The notes under the pieces: model-generated
What the model was told of the DNA's origin: nothing
The model's database searches: none
Seen by the model: the letters and a program-made list of their open reading frames with translations, nothing else
In this document: positions 30,612-40,174 of the stretch, one piece after another
Layout of the letters: every line of letters begins with the position of its first letter
Position numbering within the stretch: the first letter of the stretch is position 1
Source of the DNA: Patescibacteria group bacterium
GTDB taxonomy: Bacteria; Patescibacteriota; Gracilibacteria; UBA4473
Assembly (NCBI GenBank): GCA_965660445.1
Contig: CBFIAK010000001.1
Span: 608,001-672,000 of the forward strand
Direction: 5' to 3'
Length of the DNA stretch: 64,000 nt
Translations under genes and position numbers: made by a program

Positions 30612-31136
30612 TTAAAGGTTTTCGGTGTTTTCATCATCTAAACATCGTGGTTCTTCATACGTTTCACAAAACATTCGAGTACATGCCGCTCCATCACTGC
30701 CAGATTCTTTTCGGCAGGTATTACATCCATCAAAAAAAGACGAACAACTTTCATCAATGAGAGTCTTCCAGCTGTCTTGATTAAAAGATGAAACGGGTGT
30801 TTTCTCTGATATATCTTCGGATCCTTCAATTGTATAATCAACAATCATTCCATTTTCTAGAGAGGCATTGATTCTTCCTGGTCGATAATCCATAGTAGCG
30901 GGTTGGGGTTCTCCATCACGCATGATTATTCGAAAAGATTCATTTTTTTCTGATGCAAGTGTCATAGCTTCTGATTCGGTAAGACCAATATAGTCTTGAT
31001 TTTCATCGAAAACAGGTGCAGGAGTTTCAGTTTGTGGTGTTTGAATCGGATTAGAAGTTGTTGTCGGTGATGGTGTACACGCTGATAAGAAAAGACCCGT
31101 AAGAAGAAGTGAAAATGAGAGAATAAAAGATTTCAT
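30612..31136 (-). CDS. Lipoprotein with peptidase-inhibitor I78-like domain and Cys-rich (pacifastin-like) domain
   Basis: Lipobox LSAC from ATG 31136; YIGL...TMDYRPGRIN; FDGCNTC...ACTRMFC. Confidence 0.6.
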   Translation of the reverse strand: MKSFILSFSLLLTGLFLSACTPSPTTTSNPIQTPQTETPAPVFDENQDYIGLTESEAMTLASEKNESFRIIMRDGEPQPATMDYRPGRINASLENGMIVDYTIEGSEDISEKTPVSSFNQDSWKTLIDESCSSFFDGCNTCRKESGSDGAACTRMFCETYEEPRCLDDENTENL

Positions 31137-31205
31137 GGTGATAATAAGAAATAAAATAATCATGTGCGAGTATAGGTTTGTTTGTAAAAAAGGAAAGAAA
31201 ATGAC

Positions 31206-31233
31206 TTGCAAAATAGGGTAGGGGGTATATGAT
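31206..31233 (+). promoter_or_regulatory. Promoter with CsoR/RcnR-type G-tract operator
   Basis: TTGCAA (-35), ATAGGGTAGGGGGTATAT, TATGAT (-10). Confidence 0.7.
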
Positions 31234-31239
31234 TGATAT

Positions 31240-31494
31240 ATGAAACCTTGTCAGAAAATAACAGCGCATATTGCTCGTTTGGAGGGGCAATTGAGGACTT
31301 TAAAAGAACAATTAAATACAGAGGGAAGTTGTGAAAACATTGTTCCATTAGCTTTATCAGCTGTGAAATCGTTTGATTCATTGAAATCTTCAATGGTTGA
31401 GCACTTTGTAAAAAATCAGTTGGTGTGTGAACGAGAAATTGCACCAGAGAAATTAAAAAAGTTTGAAGAATTGCTGAAACTTATTAAAGCGTAA
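31240..31494 (+). CDS. CsoR/RcnR/CstR-family repressor
   Basis: IARLEGQLRTL...SCENIV; G-tract operator upstream. Confidence 0.8.
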   Translation: MKPCQKITAHIARLEGQLRTLKEQLNTEGSCENIVPLALSAVKSFDSLKSSMVEHFVKNQLVCEREIAPEKLKKFEELLKLIKA

Positions 31495-31515
31495 TTATTC
31501 ATTATTTATATTTCT

Positions 31516-32058
31516 ATGACATATGGAAAAACAATTCCGAATTTAGAGATCAATGGATCTCCTGCGCCTTATCCAGTAGTAAACGAGCGATCTGTGCGTG
31601 CAACGGCTGGTATTATGTTTGTAATTGGTTTTTTTACATTTTCGTATGTATTTTTCACAAAAGATTATACTCCAATCGTGTATGTGGTAAGTGTTTTTTG
31701 GCTTGAATTTTTTCTCAAATCAGTATTTCAGCCACATTGGAGTATTTTTGGTGTATTCGGTCGTTGGATTACTCGTCATCAAAAACCAGAATATGTAGGA
31801 GCTATTCAAAAACGATTTGCATGGTCATTGGGGGTTATTATGGCAACGGCAATGATGGTCGTTTCAGTCGGATTTGATATTCGAGGCATAGCCCCATTTG
31901 TTATTTGTATGACATGTCTTTTCTTTATGTGGCTTGAGTCTTCGTGTGGAATATGTGTAGGCTGTAAGATATATGGATGGATGCTTGATAAGAAGTTATT
32001 AGCACAACCAGAATACAAACCAGCTTGCCCAGGTGGAGCATGTTCATTAAAACGTTAA
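31516..32058 (+). CDS. DUF4395-like membrane protein
   Basis: VNERSVRATAG, QKRFAW, LESSCGICVGCKIY, CPGGAC. Confidence 0.75.
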   Translation: MTYGKTIPNLEINGSPAPYPVVNERSVRATAGIMFVIGFFTFSYVFFTKDYTPIVYVVSVFWLEFFLKSVFQPHWSIFGVFGRWITRHQKPEYVGAIQKRFAWSLGVIMATAMMVVSVGFDIRGIAPFVICMTCLFFMWLESSCGICVGCKIYGWMLDKKLLAQPEYKPACPGGACSLKR

Positions 32059-32198
32059 TTTTAAAATACTACATTTCTTGTATTGGTTTGATGATTTTTA
32101 GAGAACAAGGTATAAAGAGATTGTACGAATTTTTTTAAACACCTACATCAGGTGATTCTGAATTTCGTCGTTCTTTTTCATCTACAAAGGAGGATCGT

Positions 32199-32573
32199 AT
32201 GCATTATACATTTGCAGAACTTCAGTGTATTACTCCTGAAGCAGAATCAATTATTATTTCTCAGTTTATTCCTCGTAATACAGAACTTTCTGTTTTAGCA
32301 GAAGTGTATTATTTCTCTGATACTGATAAAATGCGCTTATATGTGCAAGAAAGACTTCATGATCGCAAGAGACTTTTTCATGATTGGAAAGTTTTCTATG
32401 ATCAAGGGGAAAAATTTTTACAATATTTAGCAATTCATCAAATGAGTGATTTAGCTCAAGTATTCCATGAATGGGAACTTGTTTATAAATACGCTTATGG
32501 AAAACGTTATTTTCCCCTTTATTCAAATGCCATAGAAAATATGGAAAAACAGCCCAAACATTTGAACAACTAG
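32199..32573 (+). CDS. Hypothetical protein
   Basis: 124-aa ORF with AAGGAGG 5 nt upstream and a downstream hairpin. Confidence 0.55.
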   Translation: MHYTFAELQCITPEAESIIISQFIPRNTELSVLAEVYYFSDTDKMRLYVQERLHDRKRLFHDWKVFYDQGEKFLQYLAIHQMSDLAQVFHEWELVYKYAYGKRYFPLYSNAIENMEKQPKHLNN

Positions 32574-32679
32574 AAATTACTCAGAAATATGTGAAACAAT
32601 CTTTTTTTGCTTTTTTTACAACACCTAAAAATATATATGAAATATTGAGGTGTATGTAAAAAGATGAAAACATTTCTTT

Positions 32680-32716
32680 AAATCTCATGAATTGTAAATT
32701 CATGAGATTTTTTTTT
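32680..32716 (+). terminator. Intrinsic terminator
   Basis: AAATCTCATGAATT-GTA-AATTCATGAGATTT plus T run. Confidence 0.7.
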
Positions 32717-32766
32717 GAACTTTTTATTTTGGGGGTATAATTCAGTTATAATTTTTATATTTTTCA

Positions 32767-33150
32767 ATGATTAAAGATTTTCAAAAATTTCTCATAAAAG
32801 GAAATGCTGTTGATATGGCAGTGGGGTTTATGTTTGGGGCAGCGTTTGCAACCGTTGTTCGGTCTTTTGTGGATAATCTTATTATGCCTCCCATTGGGTT
32901 TTTACTTGGGAAAATAGATTTTTCTGAGTTTGCGTATGTGTTAGTAGAAGCGACAGAAGAATCTTCTGGCGTTACTATTTCTTGGGGGCGATTTTTAAAC
33001 GATTTAATAAGTTTTTTCATTTTAGGGTTTATTATCTTCCTTATTGTGAGAACCATTACTCGGTTTCAAACAAAAGAAGAGATCAAACCATCATCTCCAC
33101 CAGTGCAGGAAGTGCTGTTAACAGAGATTCGAGATTTGCTGAAGAAGTAG
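32767..33150 (+). CDS. mscL: Large-conductance mechanosensitive channel
   Basis: FLIKGNAVDMAVG, IMPPIG, LLTEIRDLL. Confidence 0.95.
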   Translation: MIKDFQKFLIKGNAVDMAVGFMFGAAFATVVRSFVDNLIMPPIGFLLGKIDFSEFAYVLVEATEESSGVTISWGRFLNDLISFFILGFIIFLIVRTITRFQTKEEIKPSSPPVQEVLLTEIRDLLKK

Positions 33151-33256
33151 ATATTTTTTATCATTGTAAAATACCATAAAATAATAAACTTGAAAGAGAA
33201 AAACGAAAAAACACTTTGTTCGTTTTAGTGCTTTTCTCTATACTTTAATAGAGTAT

Positions 33257-34864
33257 ATGAACAAAATAAGTACACAATTTTTCTTAAAAATAATAACTTG
33301 CTTTATCCTACTTTTTGGGGGAGGGGGAGAGGCGAGTGTTTTGCTTTTTACTGATGAGCTTCCCAAAAAAGTAAATAATGCATTTGTGCTTGATGTTTAT
33401 AATCAATATTCCACTTTTGATCTTCAGTTTGGAGGTTCTATTGATGCACGAATCCAATTTAATAACTTAGCGGACTCGTTTTCGATCAATAGAGATTTAG
33501 ATTTTGAAGGAAACCAAGCTTTAAATATGAGAATTGAGAACTTATCAAGTTCTCCTACTTGTGATGCAAATGTAATTGGACGTGTTTATCACGATACAAC
33601 AGATACTCAAACCTATGTCTGTAATGGATCTGGGTGGATACAAATAGATTTTGTGTTGCAAAATGATGATATGGCAGTAGCTCGGTATCGAGAAAATTTA
33701 AGCACGAATATAAATCTCAATGCAACTGATAACTTGATTCCGTGGAATATAGAAGATTTTGAAGATACTGTGTTTGTTCATGACACCGTCACAAATAATT
33801 CTCGTATACAGGTAAACGAAACAGGAAACTATTTGGTAAGTGGATCGGTAAGTGTTCAAGGAGCAGTTATGCGATATAATGGACGATTGAAGTTTCGACT
33901 CAATGGAGTGACGGATCTTCCAATGAGGTTTCAACCCGGATATATCCGAAACGGAAGTGGTCAAGATGAAACTGCACTTGTGTTTTCAACAATACTTCAT
34001 TTAAGTGCGAGTGACTATTTTGAAGTTTTAGTTGATCGCGAGTCTACAACAGGTGATGTATTTATGATACCGGGGGAGTCTTCGTTATCGTTATTACAAC
34101 TGAAAGGCCCCAAAGGTGATACGGGATCAAGTGGTGATTTTATAAATGGAGGAGAATCCACTGGATCAAATAGAAGTTTGGGGAATACCGATAGTTTTGA
34201 TCTTTCGTTTTTGACGAATAATCAAGCTCGAATATCTATACGAAGTAATGGAGATATTGATCTCAATAATAATCAGTTTATCAATGCTCGAATAGAAAAT
34301 GCTTCTTCAGATCCAACGTGTGATGGGGCGTCTATTGGAAAAATGTATTTCAATACAACTGATAGTCAGACGTATATGTGCGATGGAACCGAATGGAGTG
34401 CTATTGGTAATGGTGGTATTACTGTTGATGAGGGAGAACAAACTCTCGATTATAATACTATTCCCGAAAATACAATGTATGTGCTTTCAGATACATCAGC
34501 CAACAGACCTTCAGATGAAAGTTTTATTGTGAAAACATTGGGAAATACGAGTGTGCGAACACAGACGGCTAGTAATGGAACAAGTCGGTTTTATCGTGTG
34601 TATCAAGGGAGTGTTTGGAGTTCTTGGGAACAGGTGAAAACTTCTCGTTATGCGTTGTATGAGTTATCACAAATAGATCAAACAGATGGAAGTGTTTCGT
34701 ATATTTCACGAACAAGAAAAACCGATAGTAAATGGCTTATTACTCGTAGTGATACGAATGGGTTTACTTTTGCTCAAGAAGAAAACAATGTGGGAGTAAG
34801 TGATCTTACAACGGCGTGGAATAATCGATTAACACTTAATTATAATAGTGGGTTTACCCCGTGA
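33257..34864 (+). CDS. Secreted fibre-like protein (C1q/BclA-like domain, short collagen triplet, knob-like domain)
   Basis: Signal peptide; two RIENxSSxPTCD...YxxTTDxQTYxCxGxxW modules; GPKGDTG; LGNTDSFDLSFLTNN; RFYRVYQGSVWSSW. Confidence 0.7.
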   Translation: MNKISTQFFLKIITCFILLFGGGGEASVLLFTDELPKKVNNAFVLDVYNQYSTFDLQFGGSIDARIQFNNLADSFSINRDLDFEGNQALNMRIENLSSSPTCDANVIGRVYHDTTDTQTYVCNGSGWIQIDFVLQNDDMAVARYRENLSTNINLNATDNLIPWNIEDFEDTVFVHDTVTNNSRIQVNETGNYLVSGSVSVQGAVMRYNGRLKFRLNGVTDLPMRFQPGYIRNGSGQDETALVFSTILHLSASDYFEVLVDRESTTGDVFMIPGESSLSLLQLKGPKGDTGSSGDFINGGESTGSNRSLGNTDSFDLSFLTNNQARISIRSNGDIDLNNNQFINARIENASSDPTCDGASIGKMYFNTTDSQTYMCDGTEWSAIGNGGITVDEGEQTLDYNTIPENTMYVLSDTSANRPSDESFIVKTLGNTSVRTQTASNGTSRFYRVYQGSVWSSWEQVKTSRYALYELSQIDQTDGSVSYISRTRKTDSKWLITRSDTNGFTFAQEENNVGVSDLTTAWNNRLTLNYNSGFTP

Positions 34865-34871
34865 TAAAAAA

Positions 34872-37265
34872 ATGAAACAGTCTTGTGTTCGACTTTGTTT
34901 TCTGCTTATCATGAGCTTCCTCTCGTGGGGGGATGGGTATGCGTTGTTTTCACAAAATGGAAGTGTTATCACTCAAACAGGGACAGATACAAATCTTTCT
35001 GGTCTTGTTGGGCTTACGGGTGTTACTGTTGATACGGCTTCTTCAGTTATGCAATACGATATTGGAAACAATATTTTGGTTATAAATGGAACACTTTCTA
35101 TTGCGACAACCCAAAAAGAACAGCTTATTTTTAGAGGAATAACAAGTCATAATGAGCATGCTATTGAAGTAAGTGGGACACTCAATATTGGTACACAATT
35201 AGTTGATGATTATTTTTATACTTTTAATGATGGTGTACCTGCTATCCGGTATGATTTTGAATTTGCTGATGATCAGGAACCATGGATTGGGTTTGGTGAA
35301 GGAAATACAGGTACTCGGTCGGTATTTTATGTAGACGATGGAGGAACGCTCAATATCTATGGTCAGATAATGCATATTCGAGGGGCTGTTGCTGCTGATC
35401 CAAACACAACCGTTAACTGGGAAAATGCAGTGGTGCATGCTGATATGATTTATATATTTTCGACGAACTGGAGAATTGTAGATACGAATATATATACTCC
35501 GGGGAATCATTCTTTAGTAACCATTCCTCTTGAATACCAAAATGTTGGAGGAACCAATAGTGGTGCTTTTTATATTTCATTATCAAACTCAACACCAGAA
35601 GGAACATATATATTACGTGACATTCCAGATATTCCATCATCTGTATATCTCACAAGAGCTGGAAGAGAAAGCGGAACTCCACCTATTCTTCGAGCACTCA
35701 ATAGTGCTGACGGATCAGACCACATATTTGATACTGCTACTGACGGTGCTCAAAGACGATTTCAAGTCCTTATGGAATCTGAGTTTTTTGTGACGGCAAG
35801 TTTACTTGATGGCACTCCAATTGAGGATGCACAAGTGTGGTATCAAGGAAAGGCTGGTACAAATACGGTTGTTACAACAGATGTGAATGGAGAAACACCA
35901 GTACAAACTTTTTTGTTGCGAGATTTCTTAAACCCTGCGGGAACAACAATTCCGGTAGAAGAACGGTTTGATAAAAATGAAGATGGAACCGATAGAATTG
36001 ATGTATCAGTATGGTCGTACAATCATTTTGGAAGTATTAGTCAGAACGTGTCTTTAAAAGGAACGGGGGAAAAAGAGTTTTTAAGAATTTTATTTCCAGA
36101 TACAAATATTACAGAACCTAGTAAAGCAGTTGTTGATGGGTACGCTGAAATTGATGATTTTGAAAAACTCTATGACAGAGCAAAAAGTTATAAAATTGAT
36201 AATGTAGAATATCCTTCTGTTGAATGGCAGGTTATTGATGCTTCAGGAGAAACTTTAAATTTAGGGAGCAAAGATTTGGTGATTGATGGAACAGCGGTTT
36301 CTCCTTTTGCGATTGACCAATTTACAAATACGATCACTGTTCGCGCCGGAGCGATGGATTGTCTTGATGATACATTTACTCGTTTAGTAACTACGGGAAC
36401 GGTGACGTTTCAAAACGGAGCGAGTCCGGGAACTTGTATTTTTACAGACACTAATGGAACAAATGGAGTATTAACACTTACTGGAGTAAACAATGCTTCT
36501 GTGCTTGTCTATGATGACGATGATGTAGCAGATGCAACGATTAGTTATCAAACCGGTGTTTCAGGGGATGTTATTATTCCTTTCCTTCCAACATCATCTC
36601 TAAGCTATAAAGTCGTAGTACGACGAAAAGGATACTCAGAAGAAAATTTTTCTTTTGATCCGAGTAGTGGTGGATTTTTTGAGTTTCCAATTGCACAGTT
36701 TCAGTCTTTAACAATAGAAGGAAGTCCTGTGTATCAAAACAGTGGTGATATATTAAAAGCAAGTATTGATTTTAGTGGTCAGCGAATAAATATAGGTGAT
36801 TTCACTATGCCATCACAAGAACTTTATGACATCTTGCAAGATTATGAAATCACAGAAGAAGCGATGAAGTATCCACGTATTGCGAATTATGATGGAGAAG
36901 AAAGACTTTTATTATTAAACGGATACCAAATCAGAAATAGAGACGGTATTGCAGCTCTTCCCGGAATTAATGGATTTATTTTTGCGGAAATAGGAAACGT
37001 TCTTGATGCTTCAAACGGATCGGTTCAGTTTCTGGCAGACAATGCTGTTATTGATAGACAAGCACAAATAATTTCTATGCTTGAGAATATGCAAGGATCT
37101 ATATGGGACAATAATACAGAAGTTTTTGCTACACCGCAAGCAACCCTTACCAATATTACAGGGACAGGGTTTGATCCCAATCTTCATAGTTTATCAAACC
37201 AAGTTAATGAAATGCTCAATCGCGGAATTTTGAATTTTAATACGATGAAAGACTTACTTGAGTGA
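34872..37265 (+). CDS. Large secreted beta-rich protein, virion-structural-like
   Basis: Signal peptide from ATG 34872; ITQTGTDTNLSGL N-terminus; beta-strand-rich. Confidence 0.6.
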   Translation: MKQSCVRLCFLLIMSFLSWGDGYALFSQNGSVITQTGTDTNLSGLVGLTGVTVDTASSVMQYDIGNNILVINGTLSIATTQKEQLIFRGITSHNEHAIEVSGTLNIGTQLVDDYFYTFNDGVPAIRYDFEFADDQEPWIGFGEGNTGTRSVFYVDDGGTLNIYGQIMHIRGAVAADPNTTVNWENAVVHADMIYIFSTNWRIVDTNIYTPGNHSLVTIPLEYQNVGGTNSGAFYISLSNSTPEGTYILRDIPDIPSSVYLTRAGRESGTPPILRALNSADGSDHIFDTATDGAQRRFQVLMESEFFVTASLLDGTPIEDAQVWYQGKAGTNTVVTTDVNGETPVQTFLLRDFLNPAGTTIPVEERFDKNEDGTDRIDVSVWSYNHFGSISQNVSLKGTGEKEFLRILFPDTNITEPSKAVVDGYAEIDDFEKLYDRAKSYKIDNVEYPSVEWQVIDASGETLNLGSKDLVIDGTAVSPFAIDQFTNTITVRAGAMDCLDDTFTRLVTTGTVTFQNGASPGTCIFTDTNGTNGVLTLTGVNNASVLVYDDDDVADATISYQTGVSGDVIIPFLPTSSLSYKVVVRRKGYSEENFSFDPSSGGFFEFPIAQFQSLTIEGSPVYQNSGDILKASIDFSGQRINIGDFTMPSQELYDILQDYEITEEAMKYPRIANYDGEERLLLLNGYQIRNRDGIAALPGINGFIFAEIGNVLDASNGSVQFLADNAVIDRQAQIISMLENMQGSIWDNNTEVFATPQATLTNITGTGFDPNLHSLSNQVNEMLNRGILNFNTMKDLLE

Positions 37266-37270
37266 TAGAT

Positions 37271-37690
37271 CTATAATTGACACACTTTTACGCATTGTCG
37301 GGTGCAAACAATTGTTTCTGGTTGGTGTCTGCACACAGATGCACAAGGCGTATAGGTTCCGTTGTTTTGGTCGCACCACGTTTGACTGAGTCGCTCACAT
37401 TCATGGAACTCTGCACGATAAAATCCTCCGTTTTCTTTACAAGAGTCCGAAGAGGGGAGTATTGGTTGTTTCGCTATTGAGGTTTTGTGTTGTGTTGCAT
37501 TCTTTGTGTGTGGTAATAACACTGATTGGGGTTTGTAGTCGTGAGGTATTTGATCTGAATACGTAAAAGAAAGAGTCACTCCTTGATAGGGGATTTCTTG
37601 CGATTCTTGTGGTTGGGAAGATGAATTTCCTTTGATGATAAAAAGAATACCGAGAACCAAAAAAAAGAGGATAAATACTTGTCGTTTCAT
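37271..37690 (-). CDS. Small membrane-anchored Cys-rich protein
   Basis: N-terminal TM; CKENGG...CDQNNG..CASVCRH...CTRQCVKVC. Confidence 0.6.
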   Translation of the reverse strand: MKRQVFILFFLVLGILFIIKGNSSSQPQESQEIPYQGVTLSFTYSDQIPHDYKPQSVLLPHTKNATQHKTSIAKQPILPSSDSCKENGGFYRAEFHECERLSQTWCDQNNGTYTPCASVCRHQPETIVCTRQCVKVCQL

Positions 37691-37809
37691 AGAAGAAAAA
37701 TAAACCGAATGATACGGTATAATTTTTAGTAAAAAAAACAAGTGTTTTTTGGTTTTGACATTTCATGTAGAAAAAATAGAATTGTGTTCGTTCTTTCTTT
37801 TTTTTTCAC

Positions 37810-37883
37810 AGGCGCGTCGTATAATGGTAGTACAGGGGTCTCCAAAGCCCTTAGCGTGGGTTCGATTCCTGCCGCGCCTGCCA
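37810..37883 (+). tRNA. tRNA-Trp(CCA), integration target
   Basis: AGGCGCG/CGCGCCT acceptor stem, CT-CCA-AA loop, GGTTCGATTCC, CCA. Confidence 0.95.
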
Positions 37884-38030
37884 CACAGTACATTAAGCCA
37901 GTCCCAGATTGGCTTTCCTAGGGAAGCAGGGCACTAATTAATCTTTCAGATTTTGACCCAAATAAGCCTTTATGGGCTTGTTTATCATGTTTTTAAGGGT
38001 TCTAGACCTATTGCCTATGTATGTAGGGCA

Positions 38031-38948
38031 CTAAGAAGGCTTTTGAGAATCTATATACTCCTCAATTGCTTTTTTACTCGATACCCAATTACGACCTTCT
38101 TTGTAGGCATCAATTAAGCCTCTTCGAGCTAAAAGCCCTAAATACTCTGCCGAGTAGGGTGTTTCCGGGGCTATTTCAGAAAGCGGTCTATAACTTTCAG
38201 AATCTGTTTGTATTTCAAAAGCAGAAAGATAAAGATCCAAAGATCTTTCAAGAGCCTGTCCAATTAAGAGTTTTAGTTTTCCATAGTTTCCATTATTTGC
38301 CTGATTAAGAGCATCGTAATACTTTTTTCGGTCATTTCTAAGAATTACGGCTGGTGGATAACCCTCTTGCATAAGCCATAAATTCATAAGTAATCGAGCG
38401 GTTCGACCATTCCCATCAAAAAATGGATGAATCCATACAAAACGATGATGAATAAAGGCTGCTAACTCTAAATCATTTTCCTGTGATTGTTTTTTAACTA
38501 CCTGTTCTACAAAATCTGTCATGAGTTCTGGAATTTTATGTCCAGAAGGAGGGATGAAATTTGCTCCCATAATTCGAACCTGTCCATTTCGATATCTTCC
38601 TGTAAAATCCTCTTCTATTCCATCAAGTACCAATGTATGAAGCTGGAAAATATGGTCTTCTGTAATATTAGATTTTTGTTGAATAAGTAATTCTAAGTGT
38701 GCAATAGCTTTCTCGTGGTTTTTGGCTTCAAAATGTTCACGCAGAGATTTTCCCTTAATCGTTATACCTTCTTCAAGGACTAAACGTGTTTCTTGTAGAG
38801 TAAGGGTGTTTCCTTCAATCGCATTTGAATTATAGGTCCATTCAAGGGAAAGATCGTGTTTCAGCTTTTTAAGGATAGATGCAGAAAGAGGTCGGAGTTT
38901 ATCCAACTTCTTTTTTTTCTTTTGGATTCGTTGGAATAAATTATTCAT
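38031..38948 (-). CDS. Fic-family AMPylase (class II-like) with C-terminal HTH
   Basis: SNAIEGN inhibitory motif; HPFFDGNGRTAR; C-terminal YSAEYLGLLARRGLIDAYKEGRNW. Confidence 0.92.
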   Translation of the reverse strand: MNNLFQRIQKKKKKLDKLRPLSASILKKLKHDLSLEWTYNSNAIEGNTLTLQETRLVLEEGITIKGKSLREHFEAKNHEKAIAHLELLIQQKSNITEDHIFQLHTLVLDGIEEDFTGRYRNGQVRIMGANFIPPSGHKIPELMTDFVEQVVKKQSQENDLELAAFIHHRFVWIHPFFDGNGRTARLLMNLWLMQEGYPPAVILRNDRKKYYDALNQANNGNYGKLKLLIGQALERSLDLYLSAFEIQTDSESYRPLSEIAPETPYSAEYLGLLARRGLIDAYKEGRNWVSSKKAIEEYIDSQKPS

Positions 38949-38982
38949 ATCGGATAGTATTTATTTCAACTCTATCCGATAT
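38947..38982. promoter_or_regulatory. Palindromic operator ATATCGGATAG-N14-CTATCCGATAT (copy 1)
   Basis: Perfect 11-bp arms overlapping the Fic start codon and the -10 (TAGAGT) of a TTGATT-N17 promoter. Confidence 0.8.
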
Positions 38983-39048
38983 TTGATAAAAAATCAAGAA
39001 AACAAATTTCATCAAAAACTTTAGACTTATAGTGATCGATATAGGTCG

Positions 39049-39780
39049 CTATTTTTTGGGGATTATTTTCCCTTTAAAAGGGTGTGAGCAGACTACGGCA
39101 CATCGCTCGTTGATACATTTTGAACCATAAGGGCAATGTGATTGAATTAAATAGTGCATGGGGGTTTCGCAATTTGTGTCGTGAGAACAAGATTCTTGTA
39201 AGATTTCTATTACTTCAAAATCTTGAGAGGCTTCAGATAACTTCATTGTTTCGGAGTCAAGGAGAAGCCAAATACTTTTCCCAACTGATGGCTGTATGGT
39301 AAAGGGTTCTTCAGGTGCTCGGTCCATATAATTAACGATAACTGTTTTCCCTTCTCCAGATTTAGTTGTTTGAGGAGCAATACGATCTCCAAGAAGAATA
39401 GCGTTTGATCCGACATATCCATTCTCAGTATTAAGTGCGGCAACTACATAGAAAAATGTTCCAGATCCCCCTGAATTCTGTGTAAGAAGAAACACTACAT
39501 CTTCTCGACCATCATCATTCAAGTCTTTTTTAACTTCATTCCCAAAATACTGAGTAATAATTTTAGATTTGGATTCCGATACTTCCTCAATCTCAGACGC
39601 CCCATTTTCTAGTTTTATACGTGTACCATCAATAATATATTCAGCATCTTTGTAATCTGGCTGAAGAACTATTTGCTCCAGTTGTTTTACTTCGTGGTTG
39701 TCCTGCTTGCTATTAAATATATATAAAGCCCCTCCAAGTAGAACGATACTTGCGATTATGTATAGGATATTTTTTTGCAT
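39049..39780 (-). CDS. Membrane-anchored hypothetical protein (cargo)
   Basis: N-terminal TM; DLNDDGREDVVFLLTQNSGGSGTFFY...LGDRIAPQ; Cys-rich C-terminus. Confidence 0.75.
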   Translation of the reverse strand: MQKNILYIIASIVLLGGALYIFNSKQDNHEVKQLEQIVLQPDYKDAEYIIDGTRIKLENGASEIEEVSESKSKIITQYFGNEVKKDLNDDGREDVVFLLTQNSGGSGTFFYVVAALNTENGYVGSNAILLGDRIAPQTTKSGEGKTVIVNYMDRAPEEPFTIQPSVGKSIWLLLDSETMKLSEASQDFEVIEILQESCSHDTNCETPMHYLIQSHCPYGSKCINERCAVVCSHPFKGKIIPKK

Positions 39781-40008
39781 TCGTTTATTTTATTGCAATT
39801 GAATAATAGAAAGATTGAGAATATAAGGCAAAATTTCGCATGTATTTATAGATAATTACTTTTTCATCCTTTTGCTAAGGGCAAAGATAATGAAAAATGC
39901 AAATCAAAGTGTTCTATCGATGACCTATCCCCCTTAGTAGAAAAGGGATAATTCAATATCCCTCAATACTCTTTCTGGGATTGCTAAAGATTATTTTAGG
40001 AGGGGTAG

Positions 40009-40027
40009 ATTCCTATCGCCCCTGCCA
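40009..40027 (+). repeat. Degenerate att copy of the tRNA-Trp 3' end
   Basis: ATTCCTATCGCCCCTGCCA versus ATTCCTGCCGCGCCTGCCA (3 mismatches in 19). Confidence 0.8.
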
Positions 40028-40174
40028 CCTAGTGCACTAAGCCAGTCCCAGATTGGCTTTCCTATGGATGCAGGGCTCTAATAATTCCGAGTGAAATTAA
40101 TTTCAATAAGCCTTTACTGGCTTATTTATCTTGTTTTCAAGGGTTCCAGACCTATCGCCTAGGTATGCAGAACG

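Larger units (their letters stand above)
37884..40008. mobile_element. tRNA-Trp-integrated mini-element 1 (Fic plus cargo gene, no integrase)
   Basis: Bounded by the tRNA 3' end and a degenerate copy at 40009-40027; left end homologous to element 2. Confidence 0.7.

Noticed and set aside
37749-37937. 62-aa plus-strand ORF
   Set aside because: Reads through tRNA-Trp
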